A program made the position numbers and the translations under genes. This document shows, in pieces, positions 23,554-35,300 of a DNA stretch of 64,000 bases (its first letter is position 1; every line of letters starts with the position of its first letter). The stretch lies in the NCBI GenBank assembly GCA_008632985.1, contig QPGO01000016.1, forward strand, positions 1 to 64,000, in the 5' to 3' direction. The notes below the pieces were generated by a model. That model had not been told where the DNA came from. It worked only from the letters and a program-made list of their open reading frames with translations, and searched no databases. The DNA is from Psammoneis japonica (Eukaryota).

Positions 23554-24945
23554 CTAACTATTCGAGATGTTTTTGGGTGTAAACACTCCGACGTCTCTAA
23601 GCATTTCAGAGGCTTTTTGAACTCCATGCTCCTTCACAAATCCACTGAGCCATGGACGGATCGTATCATCCGTTCCAACCATTCCCTCGTCCTTTTGTTC
23701 AAAGTTCTACGCAAGAGTAAAAAGTGGCAAGTATTGAGAAACAAAAACGTCGACACAAAAGGGCGTCCGCAAAATAAGAAATGACTCAACTTGTCGTCCT
23801 TTCAATGTCGTTCCAAATCGTGCATCGTCTCGAAAGCTGTATGCTTCCCACGAACCACTGTAATGATTGATTCGAAAAATGGCATTCTTGTCGGCCGCAA
23901 GAAAGGGTCGTCGACAAAGAGGTAGAGGTCGATGCGCACTCACAGCTTGAGGCGGAATGTCGGAAACATTGACACGCGACACATCCACAAGGGTCTTTGC
24001 CAAGCCATTGTAAGGGTGGAGTTGTTCTGGTTTTGCGTGATGCCGCCAACGTAGAGTATCAAATCGTGTAGCATTGAATGCAGGAGGGACATGGGCGTCA
24101 CGAAGGGTCGGATCGCTCTCGATGGATCCATATCGTAAGCGAGGTACACTGATACAGGGCGATGCCAGAGTACTGTTTGATTGATTTACCCAAGCATTCA
24201 AGAAATGAATCAGCGAGGATGGCTCTTGCAAGGACGGATACAAGGTGGGGGCAGCAGAAGCTGCTTTCTGAGACTGATTCCCACTACTGGGTGGTTCATT
24301 GTAGAGCAAGAATTCATCGGAATCTTCCATGACCACCCAAGTTCGATTAGCTTTCTTCAGAGCAACTAAACATCTCGACATGAATGTCTTTTGACGACCT
24401 CTGTGCAAGCCTTTGCGTTGTTCATCCGTCAAGTTGTTCTTGAATTCCTCGGGAGAAACAAAGCGATGCGTCAGTTCGTCGGACCTCAAAAAGTCGTCAT
24501 CGGACCATTCCAGTATAGTCATGCCATAGTTACGCCATTGATTCAATATTCTCGAGGGTGATGTAACGCTCCGTGGATCTACAGCGACAATGAGATACCG
24601 TAACGGCAAGACATGATAATGATACGCGATCCATTCCACCAATCGGTGATTGTCGTCCATAATAAGGAGACACGCCGAGAACGAATCATCATCGTCTCCA
24701 CTCATCCTTGTAGTGCTATTACTTCCATTAGAAGATCTTCCCTCAAATGCTCTTGGAGGCTGAAATGACAGGAGATAGGATGCCTGGTGATCGAAAAAAC
24801 TAGTAGATCTCAGTGTCGCCTTCCAGACATTTGTGGGTATCATGATGCAACACGAAGCCAAGATCAACAGGAACAATCTGTTAAAACCGTTTCTTTTTGG
24901 CGCAGCAACAGTTGATTCTTTTGTTCTAGATTGCTTGTTTGACAT
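23554..24945 (-). CDS. Type II membrane GT-A fold glycosyltransferase (GT92/GT2-like, diatom-expanded family); 2 exons
   Basis: Motifs SACLLIMDDNHRLVEWIAYHY, DSDEF (DxD) and FRINHYSGSWE. Intron about 23707-23790; last exon DDTIRPWLSGFV. Confidence 0.8.
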
Positions 24946-25056
24946 GTTGCTGCTGCTCTCTTTTTTGAAAAAAAGACGACGTTAGAGTTTATTGCGTCGG
25001 CTTGTTGCGCTCATCTTCATCATTGCGACCGCGTGATGATGTACCGGTACTGTGTA

Positions 25057-25980
25057 TGAATGAACACTCTTTGTTTTCCGCCCGTTTGTCGTCCGGCTCG
25101 AAATTTTTGTCGTGCGTGCATGGGACAGCACCGGTGACATGCAGGGTCAATCAATGTTTGCTTTGTCCAGTTGCTCCAACAGCATCCTCTCCTGAAAATG
25201 CCCAAGTTGGAGCCATGCCCTCTGGGCTTCGTGCTTCCTTGGTGTGCTGGCATGCAGCGCCGCGAGGGGTGCTGCACGGTGTCTCACTGTGTTGCTCAGT
25301 GGATGTGCGCCGCAGCATGCTCACCATTTGTTGCAGAATGTTCAAGCGAGCACAGCCAGAAGTGCCCTCAAATTGGAGTGTGCATGAGAATGGCAGCCAA
25401 TGTTTTGCAAGCTGGCGTGCTCAATGCCAACCCTCCTGAAAACCTTCAAAAGTTGTGTGAGATTGAGGACAACACCTTGGCTGCAGCTTCCTGTGCCCCA
25501 CACTCCTCTTGGCTGCTGGTTTTTAAGATCCTCTGCAGGGGCCTCTTTGGGTGCTTTTGTTTTGCACCAGCCATGGTGTGGTCATTTCTGAACCCCTCCC
25601 AACACCGCCGGCAGCAGATTTGGCTGTGCAGCTCAAGCCAGCACACCAAGCATTGATGGGTGAGAACTTTGATGGCAGAGTGTAAAATGACAATCCTTTG
25701 CCTGCCAAGTTGGACAGGGTGCTCTGACCAAGTTGTCCCCATTGATCCCGGGAAGAAGCTGGAGGCTCGAGTGGCTGACGCACCCATTTGGAACAGAGCA
25801 AGCACCACATGCTGGTGGGATTGTCTCAGATTTGCGGGCACCACGAGCAATTGAACAGATCAATGTTTGCCAAGTGATGCCATTTTGGAGCTGCAGATTT
25901 TCTTCCCAACACCTGCGTTTCCCTCATTGCTCCTGGTTTGATTTGAATTTGTTTGGCCAGGCCAGCCAGCGCTGCTGCAG
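25057..25980. mobile_element. TpA/CpG-depleted island 2; decayed repeat of unknown family
   Basis: Only 2 TpA (25524, 25683) in about 920 bp. CpG is kept at the edges and reduced in the centre. Confidence 0.5.
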
Positions 25981-26173
25981 AGTAGAGCAGCGAGCAGAGC
26001 GAGCTGTCCACAGGTCAAGGAAGCACATGCGACCATGTCTGAATCAAGCGCGGCGGCCCCAACTATCTCCCGCCAACTCGTCGTCAAGGGATGACGGATG
26101 ACCGCGATCAGCGATGAGTGAAATGCGACGCTGACAATGATTTTAAAGCTCAGTCGAAGCATAAAACGATGCC

Positions 26174-27769
26174 ATGACTGCTGATCAAAGTGTGTTGGGA
26201 GAGCGCTTGGTGGCGGCTATATTTATGCTGTTGGGCGTAGGAATTTTGCTGCCTTGGAACGCGTTTATTAGTGCCAAGTCATACTTTCAGTCTCGCCTGT
26301 GCAATGGAGGCAAAGGAGCGGGCCATGAGGATGTGGAGTTATGGTTTGGACTGGTCTTCAACGTGTCATCTGTGGTTTCGTTGGGCTTGATACTCGGAGC
26401 ACGACATGTTCAAGATTTGCGAAAGGCAAAATGGAGGGAGGTTCCTACGAACGAGGGCCAGGAACTTCCTGGAGTTTTCGTTGATCAAGAGAACGAAAGA
26501 AATTCCTCGTGCTCAACCCACGAGATATTCTCTGTCGTTATTCCGTTGCTGGTATATCTTGCTGTGTTTGTAATAACCACCGTGATGGTCTTGATTCCGA
26601 TGTCGGACTCTACTTTTTTGCGGGTGACGTTGGCCGCTTTGGCCCTTTGTGGATTGTCTTGTGCTGTCGCTGGATCGGGTGTGATTGCTGGATCCCGGAA
26701 GTTCAACTCAATCGGCTCATACTTTTCGGGGCAAGCGATAGGAGGACTTGCTGTATCACTATCCAATCTAGTCTCTGTAGCGGCGGACGACCCAGACACG
26801 TTTTGGCAAGAGCAGTGTCAAACAGACGATCGATTCCTGACTGATGATCCTTCCGCTTCATGCGTACCATACGAAAAAATCGATTGGCCGACCTTTGCCT
26901 ATTTTGCGCTTGGTTGTGTCGTCCTTGGAGCTTGTATTGTCGGTTATCTCTTCGTTGAACATTCCGAGGTAGCTGCAAGTTTGATGGCGCAAGACCAGGG
27001 TCGACGACACCTGACTTCAGACGCGATAGTTGAAAGGAATATGAGCATGTCATCTAGATCAGGAATTGAGCTGCATCAGCAACCGCAGCATTCATTAGAG
27101 GCAGACCCGCAGACTTTAGCTCGTGAAGAAAGTCTAATGGGAGACACCGATGGAAGATTAAAAGAAGCGGACGCTAGCGTCGCAAGTAATCAACCTGAAG
27201 CGGAAAACGAGACAACCTTTTCCGTGCTAAAAGATGTCCAAGGACCGGCTGTTGCTATCTGGCTTACATTTTTTGTCACTTTGGCTCTCTTCCCGAGCTG
27301 GACATCTCGACTCGAGAGTGCGCACAAGTGCAAAAGTAGCCTTCGAATACAAAATGATTTGTTCATGCCAATTACTTTTGTCTTATTCAATGCGGGAGAC
27401 TTAACGGGACGTCTACTTGCGGCCAAGGTGAAGGTCACAGCTATTCACAATCTCTCAAGAAAACTAGTTTTTGCTGCATCGGGACGGCTGTTGTTCGTTC
27501 CATTGTTTCTCGTGTGCTTGGCTACTGGCTCAGCCTTCAATGAAATTGCTGTTGGCATTGATATTTACTCGGTACTGATTCAGTTTGTATTTGCCGTCAC
27601 GAATGGACTGGTCGTGTCGCTTGCCTTTATGCATGCCCCAAGTTTGATCTCGTTGGAATCCCGCGTTCAGGAGACGTCGGCAACGGTGTTGAACTTTGCA
27701 CTTGTGTTTGGATTGCTCTGTGGTTCGCTCGTATCGTTTCCATTTATTCAACTTGCAACCAAAACGTAA
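26174..27769 (+). CDS. Equilibrative nucleoside transporter (SLC29/ENT family)
   Basis: Motifs LLGVGILLPWNAFISAKSYF, VTLALFP, LFNAGDLTGR and FAVTNG; 11-TM pattern. Confidence 0.92.
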   Translation: MTADQSVLGERLVAAIFMLLGVGILLPWNAFISAKSYFQSRLCNGGKGAGHEDVELWFGLVFNVSSVVSLGLILGARHVQDLRKAKWREVPTNEGQELPGVFVDQENERNSSCSTHEIFSVVIPLLVYLAVFVITTVMVLIPMSDSTFLRVTLAALALCGLSCAVAGSGVIAGSRKFNSIGSYFSGQAIGGLAVSLSNLVSVAADDPDTFWQEQCQTDDRFLTDDPSASCVPYEKIDWPTFAYFALGCVVLGACIVGYLFVEHSEVAASLMAQDQGRRHLTSDAIVERNMSMSSRSGIELHQQPQHSLEADPQTLAREESLMGDTDGRLKEADASVASNQPEAENETTFSVLKDVQGPAVAIWLTFFVTLALFPSWTSRLESAHKCKSSLRIQNDLFMPITFVLFNAGDLTGRLLAAKVKVTAIHNLSRKLVFAASGRLLFVPLFLVCLATGSAFNEIAVGIDIYSVLIQFVFAVTNGLVVSLAFMHAPSLISLESRVQETSATVLNFALVFGLLCGSLVSFPFIQLATKT

Positions 27770-27790
27770 TAATAATAGGTAGGTTTCTCG

Positions 27791-29032
27791 TTACCAGTCG
27801 CTTTTAGATAGATTGACAGTCAAGGAGTTCTTTTCGTCAAACACGTCTTCCCGTCCCTTCTCAAGATCGATTAGTGTTGGATTACCCATTGCGTCGATAA
27901 GATGATCCGCAAATCCACTAATTGTATACACGAGGGTGTTGCATTGTTTGGCGAGGTTGAAAGTCGATAAAATGACAGTCACTTCGAGCTTGGGATCTTT
28001 AGATGGTATTTGGTTCTCCCATCCACCTTCAGTACCTCTAAATCTTGTTCTGTTGAAAAATATCCAATTGAACTGGGGGTATTGAGAGAGTGCTTCCGTT
28101 ATTGCGTTCTGATCATCCGTAAGGAGCAAGATGTTTTCAGAAAGTTTGTCTCCAGCAGCTTCAACGTATTCCTTTATTGCGTGGTATTTTCTCGACGAAT
28201 CCTTGTGTAAAACGATGTCAGCTCGGCGAACATGGAACACCGTGCACGGAGTCGACATCTTTATCTGCGACGAATACTGATACACTGCTCGTCGCAGCCA
28301 CGTTTGTTGGCGGGTTGCCCATTGATACGTCCAGCTCCCGTCTCTTGTTCGTATGGATATTTCATCCCCATTGGACGAGACAAAGTCACCCACAAGATTA
28401 TCCAGATTGGGTTCACAGTTGCTGATGTTGAGAAAGAAACACGTCATGTCCTTTTTGGGACAAACGGGTCGCGACCCATCTTTCATTCCTGCGTAGTGCC
28501 ACGCGGCATCTTGCACTGCAACTTGAAAAGGTCTTTTGTTCTCCAGCCCATACATCAAGCCGTCTTCTACATTCAAAAAGTCTGCCCCCCATCCAGAGGA
28601 CCACATTTTCTTGGTAACAACGTTCGAACAATTATTCCTGTACTGATTTTGATAGAGGCTTCTGAAGAACTCCGCTTTCTCTTTGTCCACAATCTGTGCA
28701 AAACAAGAGTGTGTGTCGTTCTCTTTCGACACGAACCAATCTGGGTGATGCATCCAGAACCTATCCATGTTTATACCAGCATTCACGCAAAAGCCTTTGT
28801 GCTGCGGTGGCTCAGGAGGGGCGAGGAGATCGCTATTTTTCGCATTCGTCACCGGGGTGCCCGACATGTTATAGAGGTGTAGCATCTGAATGCTGACAAA
28901 GAAACATATCATGGACACATACAAGGAATTAGAATAGCGCCGCTTCGAAAACCGAGCAACTGGCATGGTGGATGTAGCCCTAGAGGAGAGATCTTCTTGT
29001 CGTTGCATTTTTGACTGATGGACATTCAGCAT
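27791..29032 (-). CDS. Type II membrane fucosyltransferase-like protein (GT23/O-FucT-like, GT-B)
   Basis: N-terminal TM; GDP-fucose-binding-type motifs FHVRRAD and LLTDD; SGWGADF. Confidence 0.72.
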   Translation of the reverse strand: MLNVHQSKMQRQEDLSSRATSTMPVARFSKRRYSNSLYVSMICFFVSIQMLHLYNMSGTPVTNAKNSDLLAPPEPPQHKGFCVNAGINMDRFWMHHPDWFVSKENDTHSCFAQIVDKEKAEFFRSLYQNQYRNNCSNVVTKKMWSSGWGADFLNVEDGLMYGLENKRPFQVAVQDAAWHYAGMKDGSRPVCPKKDMTCFFLNISNCEPNLDNLVGDFVSSNGDEISIRTRDGSWTYQWATRQQTWLRRAVYQYSSQIKMSTPCTVFHVRRADIVLHKDSSRKYHAIKEYVEAAGDKLSENILLLTDDQNAITEALSQYPQFNWIFFNRTRFRGTEGGWENQIPSKDPKLEVTVILSTFNLAKQCNTLVYTISGFADHLIDAMGNPTLIDLEKGREDVFDEKNSLTVNLSKSDW

Positions 29033-29819
29033 GTTGTTGGGTTCCTACCGTTGCATCACACATGTTTTGTTTCTCGTAGTTTCAGCCTTCCTTCCAACGC
29101 TTCATCCTCTAAACTCAAGACCCACGTAGAAGCTACGAAATCGTCTGGTACAACAAATATTCCATTCAACCGGTTGAGTAGAATATTCAGATTCCATTAT
29201 TCCTCCTCCCCACGTAGGACAGGCGGAAATTTGATTTTCCCACTATCCCTCTTGTTTTCGCCATTTTTTGAGTATTTTAGAATTTGTTTTGCAAAATTAA
29301 CAAGATTTATTGAAAAGATCACAAACGCTACATTTTTCAGTTCACTTGTCCGTCGATTTTTTTAATTAAGGGACCTCGATGAAAAATTGAAATATTTCAA
29401 TCGTAGCCCGTGGTATCTTTTCTACGAAGGCGGATGCGCACGATGATGGTGCTGTCTTGTCCGCGAGTTCTGCGCATCATCGTGCAAACAACGCCGACAA
29501 TGGCCGAAATGCCGTTCATTCTCGAAAACTGAACGTGGGGGCTGGAAAATTTCGTCGTAAGTTTATCGATTTTGATATGAACAATGAACTTAGGCCTTGT
29601 GATGAAATTTGCCAGCCTCGATGTTCAATTTTCGAGAATGAACGGCATTTCGGCCATTGTCGTGTTGTTTCAAGATTTTTCCAGAATCGCCGCATAAATA
29701 CAGAAATCAAATCATGCTTTATTTTTACACTTTTTGCAATCATATGCTGAAAAAGAATCCAGAAAAGGCAAAAACAAAGGGGGTCAGTCGTCGCGATCTC
29801 ACCAAGCCTACGTACCGGA

Positions 29820-29908
29820 GGACTCAACCGGTCCCGCCGTCCGTGACTGAAATTTCACCACGGTGAAGCAGGAGAGTCGAATCATTCGATTGGACTCAAC
29901 CGGTCCCG
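29820..29908. repeat. 17-bp direct repeat GGACTCAACCGGTCCCG x2 (subterminal-repeat-like)
   Basis: Copies at 29820-29836 and 29892-29908. Confidence 0.7.
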
Positions 29909-31250
29909 ATTTTGCATCAAAAACGGCATGTTTTACTTTGATGCATCTCGCCATGGCATACATCGTGATGACGACGCGTTATGCAGGGGGGATCTTTTTC
30001 TACCATTGTTATTAAGAGGTTGATACATTGGTTTGGTTTCCTGGGGTGCTTTGGTTGCTGCACATGCTATAAACGGTTGCGTGCCTCGACTCGTGATTTG
30101 ACTGCTGCACGGTACGTGTAACACCTGAATGGTCCACAACGTTGCGCCGGTAAGTTCTTTCTGTGTTTTCTCATTTTATGCCGTTTATCTACTCACTAAA
30201 GATGTTGTTTGTGCTTTGTTACAGCTTCATAAGAGGATACATCGTCTCGTACGGTCGATTGTTGCACCTGCAATATTGGCATCTTTTTCACGTCGTCGTC
30301 ATCACAAAAGCGTATCCGTTTGGGAGCCTTATGCCTCATCCCACTCTACATCCTTTGGTGTACCTATTATGTATATTAATATGGATTTGTGACGCGCTTG
30401 ATATCCTTCTTGGGGGCTTGGTCGGCGCATAATCATGGCATGTCGTTTTTCGGCCGTCGCAATATTTGGAAAGTGCATGCCGTGGGAACAAAACGACGCA
30501 ATGGAGCCTGGAGGACATTTACGACATTGGCATTTGTCAGACAGTCTTATCATAGTCCACAAAAGGTAATCCTATGAGTATAATGTGATTGATTGGCTTT
30601 TAGACTCGTTTTGACGAAATTCTCATACCTCACGAGCCTTTTTTTGTGCGTCTCGTTCATGCGTGCAGGTATCTGGTCCTTTTTGACCCTTTCCACCTAC
30701 CCTTCAACCGCATTATCATCATTATCTAAGACATGATATTGTCCGCGTTATTTTGGGAGATCTTTGTGGTGTAACTACGACTCTAGGCTTTGCAATGGGT
30801 AAAATGGGGAGGTTGATGCTTGTGTTGGCGGGCTCATCGCCTCCTCTTGGATGCAAGGATCCCACGAACCGCTGGTGGTACTTGGGAGCATAAAAATTGG
30901 GAAGGCGACCCAGCTCTCCCTCTAAAAGGTGCACTAGTGAGTATACTGTGACATGTAACCCCAATGGATTGTTATTGTGTACGTTGTTCCACTCATGTTT
31001 TCATTTTGCCTGTCATTTTCCAGTATGACTATCGTTGGCTGTTAAAGCTTGCAGTGGCATTTCCAGGCCCATATTCTACATGATAGATATCTTTTGATAT
31101 TCTTTACTCATATGGGGAAATCAGATCCTGGAGCTCTCAGTTCCTAGTCGGATCTAGTAGAGATGTATGACTATTCGATGAAATGTGGGATGGAGTGTAG
31201 GCGTAAAAGCTGTTGCTTCTGGACGGTACGTACCGTATGCTTACTGTAGA

Positions 31251-31275
31251 GTGTGTGTGTGTGTGTGTGTGTGTG
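31251..31275. repeat. (GT)12 microsatellite
   Basis: Direct read. Confidence 0.95.
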
Positions 31276-31474
31276 CGTACTTCACCATTTCGAATGATGA
31301 CTAACCGATCTACCATTCTAAGACACAGGAAAGATATCTCTCTACTAGCAGTAGGGAGCACGGTGCCGGCTGTGCGCGAGAAGCCATATAGTAATGAAGA
31401 CGGTACCGGCCTAAGCGCAGAAGTCTCCGCTATTGTAGGATGAACTCTCTAGTAGAGAGTGCCACTACTTTTGA

Positions 31475-32041
31475 TTAGAACTTGGTGCAAAAGGTAAGTG
31501 TGATTGAGAAGTTGTGTATTATATATCCCCTTTTAGCACTGAGACTAACGCAGTTCATTGTTCTTTTTGACCCGTATAGATAGCTTCGCACGGCGAGGGA
31601 ATTGGACGGACGTTTCGGACCGGCGGCTCTTGATTCTTGCGATCGGTCCATGCTCATATTCTCTTGTATTCGCTTCTGGCGGGCTTTTTCACTATTCAAA
31701 CGATTGTGGACGTACTGAACGTTGGGGAGTTGAGCGGCGCGAGCTGCTGTCACGGTCGCTCCTTTTATCGTCGCTTGCGAAATGGAAAGGCTATTTTCGA
31801 CAACTTTGAGCTTGCTAACGACTTCTTTCAACTTCCGCTGTGATACTTTCTTCCCACTATTCAATGTGTTCTGGACCTCTTTCAACACGTTTTGCTGGTG
31901 TTGCATGTCCGAAGCGACAGCAGAACTGTCGAGAAGACCGTCGAATGCATTGTCCATTTGGGATTTTCGCATCGACGCAGCGGCATTTTCTTCTGTATCC
32001 TTGAGCGATGAAGCAGCAGATAAAGTATATAGATGACTCAT
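31475..32041 (-). CDS. Hypothetical coiled-coil protein, possibly element-associated or spliced
   Basis: 188-aa ATG ORF with protein-like composition; no recognised motif. Confidence 0.4.
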   Translation of the reverse strand: MSHLYTLSAASSLKDTEENAAASMRKSQMDNAFDGLLDSSAVASDMQHQQNVLKEVQNTLNSGKKVSQRKLKEVVSKLKVVENSLSISQATIKGATVTAARAAQLPNVQYVHNRLNSEKARQKRIQENMSMDRSQESRAAGPKRPSNSLAVRSYLYGSKRTMNCVSLSAKRGYIIHNFSITLTFCTKF

Positions 32042-32252
32042 GGTTTGTCACTGTTCTTTATAGTGTTTATTGGAGCTGCGACTGCGTTTGAAACAATAGC
32101 GGTACGGTCATTGCGGCGTTGGCGTTGACCCGTCGCGTCGGAGGGAATTCAAATCTTGAACGCGTCATCCTTCGCGCGCGGCGGGAACGTTTGAGGCAAC
32201 GGGAACGTTTGAGGCCGCCGGTAGTTTTGTTTCTCCACAAAAACGTGGTGTG

Positions 32253-32290
32253 GTTTTTGTTCACGAGTACCGGTACTCGTGAACAAAAAC
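32253..32290. repeat. 38-bp perfect palindrome GTTTTTGTTCACGAGTACCGGTACTCGTGAACAAAAAC
   Basis: 19-bp arms with no spacer, about 100 bp left of island 3. Confidence 0.95.
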
Positions 32291-32388
32291 GAAAGTCTTA
32301 GTCGAGCGAGTCAAAGTGCAGTCGAATGGGTCAAATGCGTTTTTGTTTTTGTTTTTGTGCGACGATGAGGGAGGGGCTTAGCACTTTA

Positions 32389-35300
32389 CTGTTCGTCCAC
32401 TGTGCTTCCGCATCAGTCGACAACAGCTGGGGATCTGCAATTGGCAATTTGTCGAAGAACAGGCTCAAGGTGGTGCAGGTGCAAAAGTGGGCCAGATTCC
32501 ATGCAAATGGAAACTTGGTGTGTTTTCCACACAAATTGCCAAAGCCACCTCGCCAACTTGAACCCTCTCCTCCCGGATGATGGAAACCTGAACATTTCAA
32601 ATGACAGAGTGTCCAGACTGCTCAATTGCACTCTCCTTGACATGTTTCCATGCATTTTTGGAGACATGCGCCAAATCCAATCAGAAAGGTGCCAAAATTG
32701 CGACGCTCGAGTTTGTCAGAGCTGTGGCAAATGACGGTGTTGCCCATGTGCTCAAATGCTGTCACGCCAGCTGGAGATGTTCAATGTCGAGAGTCCAAAG
32801 CCAAAGCACAAAGCACAGCTTGCAAAGCAATCTGTTGCTGACACTGCACTGGTGACAACAACAACAAGCACAAGCCACACCAGCGGCACTGGGTTGAAGA
32901 CAAACATGCATGTTGACTGAAGCTGCGAACTGCAGAGCTCACACATGGAATTCTGCAGGCAAATGTCACAAAAAGTCCCGCCTGGGGCTGGAGCACATCA
33001 TCTGCACTCTGCATTTGTGACAGAGCTGGGCAAAAACTTGAGATGCTGTGAACAGCAACATCTGAGCTTGTTCACTCAAAACAATCAACAATCAACTTGA
33101 CAGCGATTGCTGCTCAGTGCTGCTGGCACCCCTTCTGCCACAGCATCGCAAAGCCAACTCGTGTTCCTTCTCCAGGAGAGCATCTTGTGAGAATGAGAAA
33201 AAGCTGGGCATGCCAGAGATTCAGCATGCTGTTCAACCATGTTCTGCAGAGGGGTCATGGGGTGGGGTGCCTTGTCTCCCAGCACTGCAGCTTTGATGCA
33301 GCACACATGGCACCACACACACAACACCATGCAGAGAGTGATTGTGGTTGTTGACAAAACCTCTGTGTTGCTGTGTGCGCCACCTTTTGAACAAAATCAC
33401 TCCCTCTGTGGTGCTGAAGCCATTGTGGGGTGGTGTGTCTTTTCAGCAGCCAGGTTTTCAAAGAATGTGCAAATGGGCAGTGCAGCATTTTCAGCTGCCC
33501 TGACTTGTCTCAAAGAAGAGGGTGCAGGGGTGCATTGCTCTCAAGCAAAAACAAGCACAGCAGCTGCTGTCTGCTGTGCATGCATGCACAACATCATGCA
33601 GCCAACAACCTGCACACATCACAGTGAGATGTCACGCCACATCAATGTCAGATCTTGTGTTGCAACACTGACACAGGTCCACAGCATCCTCAACTCAAGC
33701 AAGGCTGGTGGCCAGTGTGCCCATGCTGCAGCGGAACTTTGACCCAGCAAAAACCCAAACATTTGTGGCTGTGTCTTTTTTGTGACAAAGCATGCTGAGT
33801 GATGGCTCCTGACAGCCCATGGAGCACTTCAACGGCTGTCCCCTGTGGCCCATGCAGCTCTCTCTCTCCTTCAGGCTGTGCTCACGAGGTTGCACCTGCT
33901 GCAAACAACACACACTGAGCACTTTGTCTGTTCTCCCCACTGTGTGTTTGCACATGCCAGACAGCAGCACATGCCAACATGTTTGTGCCAGCCATCCACA
34001 TCAGTGCACCATGATGTGCCTCTGTGCACAGGACACATTGAGGCCATCACCATGGACAAAGCGCTTTGTCCAATCACAACAGACACAACATTGTGCAACT
34101 TTGAAACTTGATGACATTTTGTCAAGTGAGGTGTTCAAGCAAACCTTGGCTGGCCACCTTTGAAATGAAAGTTGGCCGGGCCAGCTTTGGAGTGAAAGTT
34201 GTCAGGCCTGGCTGACCAACTTTGGAGTGAAAGTCAGGCGAGCCAATGGATGAGAAAAGGAATCTCAGTGGCCTTGACCCAGGTTCAAGAAAAACACAAT
34301 TCTCTTTGTTTTTTTTTAACCTGAAATGCCTCAACAGAGCTTTCTGTGCAGGCACATGCTTGCTGACAAGCTCTGAGCAGCCAAAGAGCTTTGCCCCATG
34401 AGATGACAACAAAAGGCAACACCGCTGCCACTTGCTCAGTTGTCCATGATGACAATGTGGTCAACCAACCCCAACAATCAACAACAATGGAAAGATCTGG
34501 CATCTGCACATTGCACCATGAAGAGGCATTTTGTGATTGATTTCCAAGACAGCACTCAGGGCAAAATCGCTCATCAGGGTGGGCCAAAATGAACAGAAAG
34601 CTTTCTGTTGCTGCATTCTTTCACAGCAAACTCATGCTCACACTTGTTGATTTGGTTGCAACATGACCCTCTGAGAGACCAGAATGTGCTGCATCATGGT
34701 GAACCCCTCTTTTGGCTGTCGCGTTGCTTGCCCAAGCTTCATTTCCTGGCATTGAAGAAAAGCACATGGTTGAAATCATGCAGAAAAACAATTTTTGCTG
34801 GACTCAACAGGAAGAAACTTTGTCTTAGAATCACCCGCTGTTGCAACCATCCACATCATCAGAAAGCACTTTTTCTTTGGCTTTTCAGCCATGTGATTTT
34901 CTGAAAAAGTTGAAAAAAGTCAACAAACCTCCTTTTCTGATTCGCTGGTTCAGATCCAACTTCAAGACAGGACAAGCACCAGCTCCTTCCTCAGCCACTG
35001 CTTGTGTGTCTTCTTCATGGCATGTGTGTGGCATGGATGGTGTGACTCAGTTGTCAAGAGTCTTGTGGCTGATGTCCTTGCACAAAATGCACCTCATTGA
35101 ATTGTCAAACTCTTTCTGCTGCAATGACCCCCCATCATGGACAAACTGCTGCAGCTCTTGTCTTGGTGGCCTGCCCAGGCACTTTTCCCACTTGCTTGCC
35201 CTTCTCTTGGTCTTTGCACTCACTGCACAATGCGGGCAGATGACTGCAATTTAACTCATCTTGCTCAGCAAATTTGGCCTCTGGGTTTGACGAGCCCGCT

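Noticed and set aside
30129..31100. Spliced gene remnant
   Set aside because: Splice-like signals are present, but I could not build a consistent reading frame or recognise a motif.
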